A stretch of 64,000 nt of DNA from Gemmatimonadota bacterium (GTDB lineage: Bacteria; Gemmatimonadota; Gemmatimonadetes; Gemmatimonadales; GWC2-71-9), in assembly GCA_003222035.1 (NCBI GenBank), contig QHUS01000092.1, positions 8,202 to 72,201 on the forward strand, in the 5' to 3' direction. Shown here in pieces: positions 17,917 to 28,133 of the stretch; within the stretch, counting starts at the first letter, position 1, and every line of letters begins with the position of its first letter. The notes under the pieces were generated by a model that searched no databases, was not told the DNA's origin, and saw nothing but the letters and a program-made list of their open reading frames with translations. The position numbers were made by a program, and so were the translations under genes.

Positions 17917-20199
17917 GTGGCGTCTCGCTCGCTGGTCTACATCGCCGTGCTCTCGATCCTGGGCCTGCCCGCTGCGGGACGTGCCCAGCAGGCCCCGCCC
18001 CACGCGTCTGTGGCGCGGGTGCGCCGGGAGATTCCCGGCTTCGACTTCCGCAAGGACGGCGTGTGGCGCCGGCAAGCGCGCGCGGTGCGCGCCCTGCGAA
18101 AGCGCCTCCTGTCCCGGCAGAACTTCGGTGCGCTGAACGCGCCGATGGCGGGGGCGGGGGCACCGCTCGCCACCGGGGCCGCGGTCTCCGGCGTCCTCAA
18201 GGTCCCGGTGATTCTCTTCAAGTTCAAGAACACGCCCAGCTCCCAGCTGCGCACGACGGCGGCGTACAACGACGTGCTGTTTGGGAGCACACCACCGAGC
18301 GGCCGTCCCTACACGTTTCGTTCGTACTACGAGCAGTTGTCGAACGGTCTCTTGAGTGTGCAGGGCCAGTCCTATGGCTACGCCGCGTTGGACTCGAACG
18401 AGGTCACCTACGCCGGCGCCCCAGGCTCGTGTCACGAGAACCCGTACGGGACCACCAACTGCAACGGCCTGTTCAGCGACGACGCTGTTTCGCGGATGCA
18501 GTTAGGGCTGGTGGAAGCGCTGCGCAAGATCGACAACCTGGTCGACTGGAGGCAGTACGACTCCGATGGTGACGGCATCGTCGACCTCGTGGTGTTCATT
18601 CACCCGCCGCAGGGGGGGGAGTGTGGCGGCGTTACCAACAATCACCTCTGGGCGCACCGGTATGTCCTGACGGCGGGGGCCTACGCGACGCACTCGCGCG
18701 ACGCGCTCGGCCGGCGGATCGTCGTCTCGGATTACACGCTCCAGAGCGGCGTCGGGGGCGAGGACGGCTGCGATTCCACCCAGATCATGCCGATCGGGAC
18801 CGTCGCGCACGAGACGGGGCACGGATTCGGGCTCCCCGACCTGTACGACACGAGCAACCAGAGCGAAGGCGTGGGGGAGTTCAGCCTGATGGGGAGCGGC
18901 AACTACACCTCGCCGCTGAGCCCCTCGCGCATGGATGCGTGGTCGCTCAGCGAGTTGGGATGGGTGACCGTCGTCCCGCTCTCGGCCAACGACACCTACA
19001 GCTTCGGCGCAGCGCCGACCTCCGACACGGCGTTCTACATCCCCGTGGTGGGCGCGAACCCGCGCGGTGAGTATTTCCTGCTCGAGAACCGCCAGGCGGT
19101 GCAGTCCGACAGCGCGATGATTCACTTTCACTGCCAGGTGTGGTTCCATACCGCGTTCCCGCCGCCCTGTGGAGGCGGGCTGCTCATTTATCACGTCGAC
19201 TCGGAGCAGATCACCAACTTCCTGCCGGCGAACCAGGTCGACAGCGGGCCGCTTCACGGGCTGGAAGTCGTGCAGGCCGACGCGTTCGGCAACCTCGATG
19301 CCAACCCCACCTCGAGCTGCTCGTCCACGCCCGTCTCGAACTGCTCCGATCGGGGCGACGCGGGCGATCATTACCCGGGACTGACCAGCAACACCGCCTT
19401 CACCGCCACCAGCACGCCGGCCGCGCTGCGGAACGCGGACGGCACGGCCGCGGCGCTGGCGATCGACCAGATAACGCAAGTGGTGCCGAACGGGACGATG
19501 CAGTTCCATCTGGTCTTCCCCGTTTGGGTGGTTCGCGCGACGGACACGGCGGCGGTGATCGAGTTCGATGGGACGCCGTATCACGTGTTCCGCGGCGTTC
19601 TCACGCCGAACTCGATGCACAGCGTGAGCGTGGCGGACACGCAATTCACCAACGCGAACCGGACGCGGCAGGTGTTCACCTCGTGGTCCCCGCCCGAGCC
19701 GCGCAGCTTCACGTATGCGGCGAGCGCCGCGCCGGAGACGCTCACGGTGACCCTGGCGCGGTCGCACCGCGTCATCTACACGACGACGAACGGCGGCAAG
19801 ATCACCGGCTCGGTGCCGAGCGACACTCTCGTCGCCGAGGGCACCGCGGTCACCCTGACGGCCATCGACACGAGCGCCACGCGCACGTTCCTGGGCTGGG
19901 CCGGCGACACCATTTCCAAGAACGCCAGCGTCACGCTCCCGATGGGTCGGCCGTATACGGTGCGTGCGGTGTTCCTCGAGACGTTCACTACGGCCGAGAT
20001 CGTGGCGCAGCTGTTGAACGGGTCCAGCGCGCTCACGGCCGCGCAGCTCGGGGACCTGGACCAGCTGGGGAACGGCAACGGGGGATTCGACCTGGGTGAC
20101 TTCCTCGCCTGGGTGCAGGCGACGGGCGCCCCCCCCCCCCTCACGGCCGAGCAACGGACCCTGGTACGCCCAGTGCAACGGAAGGGAGCGTCGCGATGA
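17917..20199 (+). CDS. Secreted M6 family (immune inhibitor A-like) metalloprotease with C-terminal beta-repeat and dockerin/EF-hand-like tail
   Basis: Signal peptide; YDSDGDGIVD, HETGHGFGLPDLY, SLMGSG, EYFLLENRQ; FLGWAGD repeat; DQLGNGNGGFDLGDF tail. Confidence 0.88.
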   Translation: MASRSLVYIAVLSILGLPAAGRAQQAPPHASVARVRREIPGFDFRKDGVWRRQARAVRALRKRLLSRQNFGALNAPMAGAGAPLATGAAVSGVLKVPVILFKFKNTPSSQLRTTAAYNDVLFGSTPPSGRPYTFRSYYEQLSNGLLSVQGQSYGYAALDSNEVTYAGAPGSCHENPYGTTNCNGLFSDDAVSRMQLGLVEALRKIDNLVDWRQYDSDGDGIVDLVVFIHPPQGGECGGVTNNHLWAHRYVLTAGAYATHSRDALGRRIVVSDYTLQSGVGGEDGCDSTQIMPIGTVAHETGHGFGLPDLYDTSNQSEGVGEFSLMGSGNYTSPLSPSRMDAWSLSELGWVTVVPLSANDTYSFGAAPTSDTAFYIPVVGANPRGEYFLLENRQAVQSDSAMIHFHCQVWFHTAFPPPCGGGLLIYHVDSEQITNFLPANQVDSGPLHGLEVVQADAFGNLDANPTSSCSSTPVSNCSDRGDAGDHYPGLTSNTAFTATSTPAALRNADGTAAALAIDQITQVVPNGTMQFHLVFPVWVVRATDTAAVIEFDGTPYHVFRGVLTPNSMHSVSVADTQFTNANRTRQVFTSWSPPEPRSFTYAASAAPETLTVTLARSHRVIYTTTNGGKITGSVPSDTLVAEGTAVTLTAIDTSATRTFLGWAGDTISKNASVTLPMGRPYTVRAVFLETFTTAEIVAQLLNGSSALTAAQLGDLDQLGNGNGGFDLGDFLAWVQATGAPPPLTAEQRTLVRPVQRKGASR

Positions 20200-20591
20200 A
20201 TCGCTACGGACGATTCCTGCTCTTGGCGCTGGCGCTTGCGGGCGCGGGCAGCTGCAGCAGCGACGGCGGCGGTCCGGTCGCGGGCATGCTCACCGTGTCG
20301 TTCACGACCCCCAACTCGGGGGCCGACGGAGCCATCCTTTTCAGCGTGACCGGCCCGCAAGCGCCCACGAGGATCACGGCCGGCGCTGGCCTCCGCGCGT
20401 TCTCACAGCCCCTGTCGATGACCACGAAGGTGGCGGTCACCGGGACGCTCGCGAGCGGCGCGATCCTCACCTTCGGCGTCACCGACACCCGCCAGGCGGC
20501 GCAGTACGCCGCGACGATTCAGAGCGTCGCGGCCGCGGCGGATTTCCAGCTGCGCTCGCTGTCGGGGTACTCCCTCACCGTTTCGCAATAG
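20196..20591 (+). CDS. Small beta-rich lipoprotein (possible cohesin-like)
   Basis: Lipobox-like LAGAGSC; ATGA overlap with protease gene. Confidence 0.65.
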   Translation: MNRYGRFLLLALALAGAGSCSSDGGGPVAGMLTVSFTTPNSGADGAILFSVTGPQAPTRITAGAGLRAFSQPLSMTTKVAVTGTLASGAILTFGVTDTRQAAQYAATIQSVAAAADFQLRSLSGYSLTVSQ

Positions 20592-21366
20592 TCTCGCATT
20601 CGCCGGCCCGGGCGACGAACGCCGGCGTGCCGTCGGCGAGGTGGAGGGCGAGGATCCCTTCACGGCCGCGGGTCGTGGCCCATGTCGCGAAATCCCGGCT
20701 CGCGGGATGCGGGGTGGGACTGCGCACCACGTACAGCGTGTAGGGGTTCGTGAGCGCGGTGTCCGCGCTGAAGAGGAGACGCAGGCCCAAGCCGCCGAGC
20801 TTCGCGTACGTGGGGAGGTCGGCCAGCGCGTAGGCCCGGCGCTCGTCGGCCAAATGAAGGGTGGCGGCCTGGTCCGTTCCGGACTCTAGATACCAGCGCC
20901 CTGCTGGCTTGACGCCGGCCGACTGCCACAGGGTGAGCTCCTTGACGTGCGTGCCGGAGGAATCACCGCGCGAGACGAACGGCCCCCCGGCGGCGGCGAT
21001 GCGACGGAATGCGTCCACCGCGCTGGCCGCGACCGCGACATGCGCGGGATCCGCGTCGGGTCCGACGATCGCGAAGCGGCTGGCGACCAGCGGGCAACGG
21101 AGCAAGGCGTGTCCAGGCGCGACGAGCAGGCGCTGCTCGAGCGCGGGAGCGTGCGTGATCACCACGTTCACGTCGCCAGCGGCGGCCGCCCGCAGGATCT
21201 GACCCGACGGACCGATCACCGTCGCGAACGTCGGGCCGGTCCACCCCGCCTCGAGCACCGCGAGCGCGCCGGACTGCTGCACGGTATAGGTGGTCCCGAC
21301 GCGCAGCGCCGCTGGCCCGGCGCGACAGCCGAGCGCTACGAGACATGCGAGAACCAGCGACTTCAC
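20575..21366 (-). CDS. Tungstate ABC substrate-binding protein-like (TupA/PBP_like_2) lipoprotein
   Basis: GTT...SG, THAP, FVSRGDSSGTH, NPY motifs; LGC lipobox; GTGA overlap. Confidence 0.72.
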   Translation of the reverse strand: MKSLVLACLVALGCRAGPAALRVGTTYTVQQSGALAVLEAGWTGPTFATVIGPSGQILRAAAAGDVNVVITHAPALEQRLLVAPGHALLRCPLVASRFAIVGPDADPAHVAVAASAVDAFRRIAAAGGPFVSRGDSSGTHVKELTLWQSAGVKPAGRWYLESGTDQAATLHLADERRAYALADLPTYAKLGGLGLRLLFSADTALTNPYTLYVVRSPTPHPASRDFATWATTRGREGILALHLADGTPAFVARAGECETIAKR

Positions 21367-22346
21367 AGCGTCGAATACACGATCCGAACGAACGCGTCGC
21401 CGTCGAACCGACCCTTGCCCCATTTGTCGTCGAGGTCGGTGAACGGCTTGGCCGCGATGGCTTCCTCGAGCGACTTTCCGGATGACTTGAGCTTCGACAC
21501 GCGGTCGTGCGCCGTCGCCATCATGTCGCGATATCGCGCGAGGTCCGCTTTCGTGCACCGGGCGCCGTGGCCCGGAACGATCTTGGTGTGGTCGTCGGCC
21601 AGCCCCAACAGCGTGGTGGCGCCGGCCACCATGCCGCTCATCCGTCCGCCGGTGCTGCCGTCGATGTAGGGGTATCTCCCGTTGAAGAAGACGTCTCCCG
21701 TGTGGAGCACGTTAGCCTTCTCGAAGTGCACATAGATGTCGGTGTCCGTGTGGGCGGGCGCGACGTGGGACAACTTCAGGCTCTCGCCGTTCACTTGCAG
21801 TCCCTGACTGTCCTTGAAGACCTGCTGTGGCAGGGCGACGGCCGGCGACGGCGGGAACTGCAGATCGAGAATGGCGAGGTGGTGCGGCTGGGACATCCTG
21901 GTCTTCGTGTTCGCGTGCGCCAGCACCGTCGCGCCGAGGGCATGGAGCGGCGCGTTGTTGTCGGTGTGGTCGAAATGCCAGTGCGTATTGATGACGTGTC
22001 TCACCGGCGCCGTGCCGAGCCCCCGGAGCGCTTCCTGGAGCTTGGGCCAGGCGGGCGAGACGAAGGTGTCGACCAGCAGCATCCCGTCGGGTCCGGTCAG
22101 CACGACGACGTTGCCGCCTGGCCCCGAGAGCAGGATCAGGTTGTCGGCGAGCTTTTCCGTTTGGATCGGGGTGGCCCCAATCTGTGCGCGGAACGCGACG
22201 GTTCGCTCCGCCGGTGACGTGGTGGGCTGTTGCGCGTAGCCATGCGTCGCGGCGCGGAATCGCTCGAGCAGCGCCCCGGCGGCGAACGCGCCGCCCGCTT
22301 GCAATGCCTCCCGCCGCGTGAGTCTCACCGTGCTATGTCGATTCAT
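21363..22346 (-). CDS. Tat-exported MBL-fold metallo-hydrolase (cyclase-like)
   Basis: TRREAL twin-arginine, NTHWHFDHTD, AHTDTD, HTGD, VPGHG. Confidence 0.88.
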   Translation of the reverse strand: MNRHSTVRLTRREALQAGGAFAAGALLERFRAATHGYAQQPTTSPAERTVAFRAQIGATPIQTEKLADNLILLSGPGGNVVVLTGPDGMLLVDTFVSPAWPKLQEALRGLGTAPVRHVINTHWHFDHTDNNAPLHALGATVLAHANTKTRMSQPHHLAILDLQFPPSPAVALPQQVFKDSQGLQVNGESLKLSHVAPAHTDTDIYVHFEKANVLHTGDVFFNGRYPYIDGSTGGRMSGMVAGATTLLGLADDHTKIVPGHGARCTKADLARYRDMMATAHDRVSKLKSSGKSLEEAIAAKPFTDLDDKWGKGRFDGDAFVRIVYSTL

Positions 22347-22425
22347 ACGAGCCTCCCGTTCGAGCGGGCGAGAATAGCGTCGTATTCGTGATCCGTCGAG
22401 AGCCTTGCTATCTTACCAGGCGCTC

Positions 22426-22498
22426 GGGGCGGTAGCTCAGCTGGGAGAGCACCTGGTTTGCAACCAGGGGGTCGTGGGTTCGAATCCCATCCGCTCCA
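22426..22498 (+). tRNA. tRNA-Ala (TGC), CCA not encoded
   Basis: GGGGCGG/CCGCTCC-A acceptor with G3:U70; TAGCTCAGCTGGGAGAGC D-arm; CCTGG-TTTGCAA-CCAGG anticodon arm; GGTTCGAATCC T-arm. Confidence 0.97.
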
Positions 22499-22528
22499 TT
22501 CACATATCCCCCATCCCCCCATCCCACC

Positions 22529-23305
22529 ATGTCCCCCACCGAGTGGCTGCTGTTTCTCATTGAGCTCGCCGATCGCGCCGATAAGCTGGCGCTGCAGTGG
22601 TTCCGCACTCGCGACCTGCGCATCGACCAAAAACCCGACGCCAGTCCGGTCACGGAAGCGGACCGGGCGATCGAAGCGATGGCACGGCAGCTCGTGCACG
22701 AGCGGTATCCGGAGGTAGGCGTGCTCGGCGAGGAGCAGGGCGACGCCACCGGGTCGGCCGGAACGCGCCTCGTCATCGATCCCATCGACGGCACGCGCAA
22801 CTTCGTGCGCGGGATCCCCGTCTTCGCCACGCTGCTCGCTATTGAGGCGGGCGATGAGATAGTGGCCGGCGTCGCGAGCGCCCCGGGCCTGAGTGCCCGC
22901 TGGCACGCCGCGCGGGGCGCGGGCGCGTTCCGTGACGGACGCCGGCTCCACGTCTCGGCCGCACCGTCGCTCGCCGATGCGCTGCTCTTCCACGGGAACC
23001 TCGGCGCACAGGAGGGCGGTCCGCCCCCGGGGCTCCTCGCGCTCCTCCCCTACGTGGGCCATACCCGGGGGTTCGGAGACTTTTATCAACACATGCTCGT
23101 CGCCGAGGGCGCGGGGGATATCGCCGTCGATCCCGTCATGCACCCCTGGGACATCGCCGCCCTGCAGGTGATCGTGGAGGAAGCCGGTGGCCGCGCGACC
23201 AGCCTGCAGGGAGAGCGCTCCATCCGCGCTCCGAGTCTGGTGAGCTCGAACGGAGTGCTGCACGAGGCCGTGCTCCACGCCCTAAGCGGAAAACCCGCGA
23301 CCTGA
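22529..23305 (+). CDS. hisN: Histidinol-phosphatase, inositol monophosphatase family
   Basis: SPVTEADR, GEE, IDPIDGTRNFVRGIP, GFGDFY, WDIAA. Confidence 0.75.
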   Translation: MSPTEWLLFLIELADRADKLALQWFRTRDLRIDQKPDASPVTEADRAIEAMARQLVHERYPEVGVLGEEQGDATGSAGTRLVIDPIDGTRNFVRGIPVFATLLAIEAGDEIVAGVASAPGLSARWHAARGAGAFRDGRRLHVSAAPSLADALLFHGNLGAQEGGPPPGLLALLPYVGHTRGFGDFYQHMLVAEGAGDIAVDPVMHPWDIAALQVIVEEAGGRATSLQGERSIRAPSLVSSNGVLHEAVLHALSGKPAT

Positions 23306-23364
23306 CCTGAAACGCGGCCGAGCGGGGCGCCGTAGAGCGCCTGGTTCTTTCTGGGGCCGTCACC

Positions 23365-24387
23365 ATGCACGTCGGAGTTCGCTGGGCCATCGTCGGTGTC
23401 GGGCTCGCCGTCGCGTTAGCCCCGCAGCCGCTCCCCGCACAGGACACCACCGTCGTCGACTCGCTGCCGCGTCGCAAAGCGGGTCACTTCCATCTCGGTC
23501 TCACCGTCCACGACTACGGCGTCAGCTTCGGAAACGCCGCGCGCGTCAGCGGGATCCGCCTGAACGTCCAGGACGCGGAGCTCGAGCGCGTCAACGGTAT
23601 CAACGTCACACTTTGGAAGCCGCAAGACCCCATGAGCGGCGTCGTGAACGGCATTCAGGCTGGTGTGCTTCCTGGCTCGGAGTCGGTGAACGGCGTGGCG
23701 CTCGGCGTCGCGGGCGTCGTCACCGAGCGGCGCCAGCGCTGGCTGTCGGTGGGCGGCCTCGGCGTCGTGTCGAACGGCTCGATGGAAGGCGTTGCCGTGA
23801 GCGGGCTCGGGACCGTGGCCAACCGCGACATCGCAGGACTGGCCGTCGCCGGCCTCGGCACCGTCGCGAACCGCAATATCCACGGGATCGCGATCGCGGG
23901 ACTCGGGACGGTGGCGAACGGGGAGGTCGCCGGCGTCGCGCTGGGCGGGCTAGCCACGGTCGCCAACGGCCGCTTCTCCGGTGTCGGCGTCGGCGGATTG
24001 GCTGTGGTGACGAACGGTGCGCTGCGCGGCGTCGGTGTTGGCGGCCTGGCGACCGTCGCCAACGGCTCGATCGCGGGCGCTGGCATCGGCGGCCTCGCCG
24101 TCGTCACTGACGGCCGGCTCACTGGCCTCGGCATCGGAGGCTTGGCGGTCGTCGCGGACCAAGAGCTCCGCGGCCTCGCGATCGCCGGGTACAGCGTGGA
24201 CAGCCACCGGATCGCGGGACTGTCGGTCAGTCCCTACAACCACGTCCGCGGACCTCAGTACGGGCTCGCCATCGGCGTATACAATTCGACGGACGAGCTG
24301 CACGGCGTCCAGATCGGCTTGATCAACCGCGCGAAAAACAACAGAGCACCGTTCAAGATCCTGCCGATCCTCAACCTTCACCTCTAG
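23365..24387 (+). CDS. Exported Gly-rich 16-aa repeat protein (LA_2272-like surface repeat)
   Basis: Signal peptide; 8 or more repeats such as GLAVAGLGTVANRNIH; ends GVQIGLIN...ILPILNLHL. Confidence 0.7.
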   Translation: MHVGVRWAIVGVGLAVALAPQPLPAQDTTVVDSLPRRKAGHFHLGLTVHDYGVSFGNAARVSGIRLNVQDAELERVNGINVTLWKPQDPMSGVVNGIQAGVLPGSESVNGVALGVAGVVTERRQRWLSVGGLGVVSNGSMEGVAVSGLGTVANRDIAGLAVAGLGTVANRNIHGIAIAGLGTVANGEVAGVALGGLATVANGRFSGVGVGGLAVVTNGALRGVGVGGLATVANGSIAGAGIGGLAVVTDGRLTGLGIGGLAVVADQELRGLAIAGYSVDSHRIAGLSVSPYNHVRGPQYGLAIGVYNSTDELHGVQIGLINRAKNNRAPFKILPILNLHL

Positions 24388-24393
24388 ACGCAA

Positions 24394-24420
24394 GGGGCCG
24401 GGAAGCAGTGTCCTGGCCCC
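24394..24420. terminator. Hairpin between convergent genes (possible bidirectional terminator)
   Basis: GGGGCCGGGA-agcagtg-TCCTGGCCCC stem; no clear U tract. Confidence 0.5.
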
Positions 24421-24430
24421 GTTGCCCGTC

Positions 24431-25084
24431 CTACTTCCTCGCGTCCTCGAACCTGCGTCCCACCTCAGGCCAGTTGACCACATTCCACCACGCCGCGATG
24501 TAGTCGGGGCGCCGGTTTTGATACTTGAGATAGTACGCGTGCTCCCACACATCGAGCCCGAGCAGGGGGATCTTGCCGTCCATGAGCGGGCTGTCCTGGT
24601 TGGCAGTACTGAACACCTCGAGACGAGCCCCGCTGATGGCGAGCCAGGCCCAGCCGCTACCGAACCGTGTGGCAGCCGCGGTGGACAGCTGCTCTTTGAC
24701 GGTCGAAAGGCCGCCGAAGGCCTTCGTGATCGCCGCGGCCAGCTCGCCGGCCGGCTCACCGCCGCCGCCTTTCCCAGCCGGCGCCATGATCGTCCAGAAC
24801 AGCGAGTGATTGTGGTGACCGCCGGCGTTGTTGCGGACGGCGGTGCGGATGTCTTCGGGGACGGTGGTGATGTCGCGGAGCAGGTTTTCAATGGTCTTGT
24901 TGTACAGCTCGGGGTGCTTGTCCAGCGCGGCGTTCAAGTTGTTGACGTACGCCTGATGATGCTTGTCGTGGTGGATCTGCATCGTCTGCGCATCGATGTG
25001 AGGCTCGAGCGCGGCAAAGCCATAGGGGAGCGGCGGCAGAGTGTGCTTCGCCCGTTTCTCCGTGGCGGCAGTCGTTCCGGCCAT
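24431..25084 (-). CDS. sodA: Superoxide dismutase, Mn-type
   Basis: [37 protein letters not shown]; GAGGAG RBS before ATG 25084. Confidence 0.95.
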   Translation of the reverse strand: MAGTTAATEKRAKHTLPPLPYGFAALEPHIDAQTMQIHHDKHHQAYVNNLNAALDKHPELYNKTIENLLRDITTVPEDIRTAVRNNAGGHHNHSLFWTIMAPAGKGGGGEPAGELAAAITKAFGGLSTVKEQLSTAAATRFGSGWAWLAISGARLEVFSTANQDSPLMDGKIPLLGLDVWEHAYYLKYQNRRPDYIAAWWNVVNWPEVGRRFEDARK

Positions 25085-25152
25085 CGTATTTCTCCTCGGG
25101 TTGTATGACGGGGTTGTCGGTGCAACCCGCGACACCAGCGGAAGGTTCCCGC

Positions 25153-25180
25153 TTGATTCCCCTTGGAGCGCCGATATCTT
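25153..25180 (+). promoter_or_regulatory. Putative sigma70 promoter for puuD-like/ahpE operon
   Basis: TTGATT-16 nt-TATCTT. Confidence 0.4.
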
Positions 25181-25234
25181 CCCGAACCGAAGCTCCACAT
25201 CTCCGTCGCGGTCCCCTCACCTGGGAGGCTCCCG

Positions 25235-25936
25235 ATGGCGCTGTTCTCCGACGCGGGCGTCCAGTTGTTACTCCGCTGGATTCATTTTCTTTCCGGGATC
25301 ACGTGGATCGGTCTCCTCTATTACTTCAACTTCGTGCAGGGTCCGTTCATGGCGGAGGCCGACGCGGCGGCCAAGAGCGGTGTCACGCAGAAGCTGGTGC
25401 CGCGCGCGCTGTGGTGGTTCCGGTGGAGTGCGGCGCTCACCTTCCTGTCCGGCCTGACGATCCTCGCCCAGCGACGCGCGAGCTGGAACGACCCCTGGGG
25501 ACTCACGATCCTGACCGGGGCCGCGTTCGGCATCGTGATGCTCGCTAACGTGTGGCGGGTGATCTGGCCGAACCAGAAGATCGTGATTGCGAGCGCGGTG
25601 GCGGTCGCGGGTGGGGGTCAGGCGAATCCGGCCGCCGCCGGCGCGGCGCGGCGGGCCTTCCTCGCCTCGCGCACGAATGTCGTGTTCTCGTTCCCCATGT
25701 TGTTCTTCATGGGCAGCGCCTCCCATTTCACGCTTCCCGCGGGCGGAAACCGGGGGCTGTGGGCCGTGTTGCTGCTCGTGATCCTCGCGCTGCTCGAGAT
25801 CAATGCGCTGGTGGGCACCACGGGACCGACCAAGAAGCCGATCGAGACGGTGCGCGGGGTGATCGTCACCGGCGTGATCACGACGTTCATCGTCTACTAC
25901 CTCGCGCAGGCGGTGCTGCGCTCGCAGGTCGTCTGA
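25235..25936 (+). CDS. Urate hydroxylase PuuD-like (Urate_ox_N) membrane protein, no cytochrome c domain
   Basis: [42 protein letters not shown]; GGAGG RBS. Confidence 0.75.
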   Translation: MALFSDAGVQLLLRWIHFLSGITWIGLLYYFNFVQGPFMAEADAAAKSGVTQKLVPRALWWFRWSAALTFLSGLTILAQRRASWNDPWGLTILTGAAFGIVMLANVWRVIWPNQKIVIASAVAVAGGGQANPAAAGAARRAFLASRTNVVFSFPMLFFMGSASHFTLPAGGNRGLWAVLLLVILALLEINALVGTTGPTKKPIETVRGVIVTGVITTFIVYYLAQAVLRSQVV

Positions 25937-25937
25937 C

Positions 25938-26411
25938 GTGGCGGTCGCGGCCTCGACGACGCTGCGGGTCGGGGCCGCGGCACCCGATTTCACGCTCCCG
26001 TGCACCGCGGGGGCCGACGTCACGCTCTCGTCGTTCCAGGGTCGCCGGCACGTGCTGCTCGCTTTCTTTCCGCTCGCGTTCACCAGCACCTGCACTGCCG
26101 AAAACTGCGCCTTCAGCGAGGACTACGACGCGTTCGACCGCGCCGGCACGGTGGTGCTGCCGATCAGCGTAGATTCGGTGCCCACGCTCAAGGAGTACAA
26201 GGCCAAGCATGCGATGCGACAACAGCTGCTGAGTGATTTCAAACGGGAGGTCAGCCGCGCGTACGGGGTCTTGCTCGAGGACCGGTTCTTCTCCAGGCGG
26301 GCGTACTTCCTGATCGATCGGGAAGGCATCTTGCGATGGTCCCACGTCGAGACGGAGCTCGGGCACAAGCGAGACGACGCCGAGCTGCTCCGGCAGATTG
26401 CGGCGCTCTGA
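25938..26411 (+). CDS. Peroxiredoxin (AhpE/BCP-like)
   Basis: [36 protein letters not shown]. Confidence 0.88.
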   Translation: MAVAASTTLRVGAAAPDFTLPCTAGADVTLSSFQGRRHVLLAFFPLAFTSTCTAENCAFSEDYDAFDRAGTVVLPISVDSVPTLKEYKAKHAMRQQLLSDFKREVSRAYGVLLEDRFFSRRAYFLIDREGILRWSHVETELGHKRDDAELLRQIAAL

Positions 26412-26422
26412 ACGGAGGCTCG

Positions 26423-27124
26423 ATGAGACGCGCGGTGCTCCTGGGGCTGGCCGTTGCGGCGTGTGGGCCGACGACGTTCGTCCCGCCGCCGCCGTCCCCC
26501 ACGCGGGTCTACGGGGCCTCCGAGGTCGACGAGCTCCCGGAGATCGTGCTCACGCCGCCGTCGCACTATCCGGCGGGAGGCAGCGACGGCGTCGTCCTCG
26601 TGCGGCTGGTGATCGATAGTGCGGGGAATCCGGAGCCGGCGACGCTCGTTGTGGTTCAAGGGTCTGATTCCGTCACCAGCGCCGCGGCCCGCGCACTCGT
26701 CCTGAAGACACTGTTCCGGCCCGCGCGGGTGCGCGGCCACGTCGTGCAGGTATCGGTGGACATCCCCGTCGAGTTCGCCGCTGAAGCGGTGCCGCCCGTG
26801 ACGCTGCACGTCTCCGGCGATGTGTACGGCGAAGCGGCCGTTCAGGAGCGCCCGCACCTCACATCGAGCGCGACGCTGGCCTATCCCGCCGCCTTGCTGC
26901 TCTCGCACGTCCCCGGCCGGGTGGTTGTGCAGGCGGTGGTCGATACCACGGGCCGGGTCGAGGAAGGCTCCGTGCGCGTGCTCCAGAGCAGCGACGCCCG
27001 CTTCAACCAGGCAGCGGAGGATTACGTCAAGGCGGCGCGCTTCACTGCGGGTCGCATAGCCGGCCGCGGCGTGCGGGTGCTGGTAGAGCTGCCCGTCGAG
27101 TTCAAGCTGCCGACGCGCGACTAA
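26423..27124 (+). CDS. Lipoprotein with two tandem TonB C-terminal domains
   Basis: LAVAAC lipobox; two YP...G.V.V..V(I/V)D..G...F.(P/A).R..G..V.V...PVEF units. Confidence 0.75.
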   Translation: MRRAVLLGLAVAACGPTTFVPPPPSPTRVYGASEVDELPEIVLTPPSHYPAGGSDGVVLVRLVIDSAGNPEPATLVVVQGSDSVTSAAARALVLKTLFRPARVRGHVVQVSVDIPVEFAAEAVPPVTLHVSGDVYGEAAVQERPHLTSSATLAYPAALLLSHVPGRVVVQAVVDTTGRVEEGSVRVLQSSDARFNQAAEDYVKAARFTAGRIAGRGVRVLVELPVEFKLPTRD

Positions 27125-27130
27125 ACGTCC

Positions 27131-28129
<999 letters not shown>

Positions 28130-28133
<4 letters not shown>

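Noticed and set aside
21363-22346. Antibiotic-resistance beta-lactamases (this MBL and the serine hydrolase at 61183-62291)
   Set aside because: The MBL is of the widespread cyclase-like type, and the serine hydrolase sits beside nagZ as AmiE does; no mobile context.
22426-22530. tRNA-Ala as an integration site for an island or prophage
   Set aside because: No integrase, no duplicated tRNA 3' end seen, no compositional shift; hisN follows directly.
22529-23305. Inositol monophosphatase serving the lipid cluster
   Set aside because: Motifs (NFVRGIP, GFGDFY) fit the HisN subfamily, and it lies 6 kb away in a separate unit.
23740-24190. CRISPR-like or DNA tandem repeat with 48-nt period
   Set aside because: The periodicity is protein-level with synonymous divergence; no identical repeats with unique spacers and no cas genes.
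25085-25200. yybP-ykoY Mn riboswitch upstream of sodA (AAGGGGAA... on minus strand)
   Set aside because: Lacks the GGGGAGTAGC and GAGACC consensus; the same bases are better explained as the divergent promoter.
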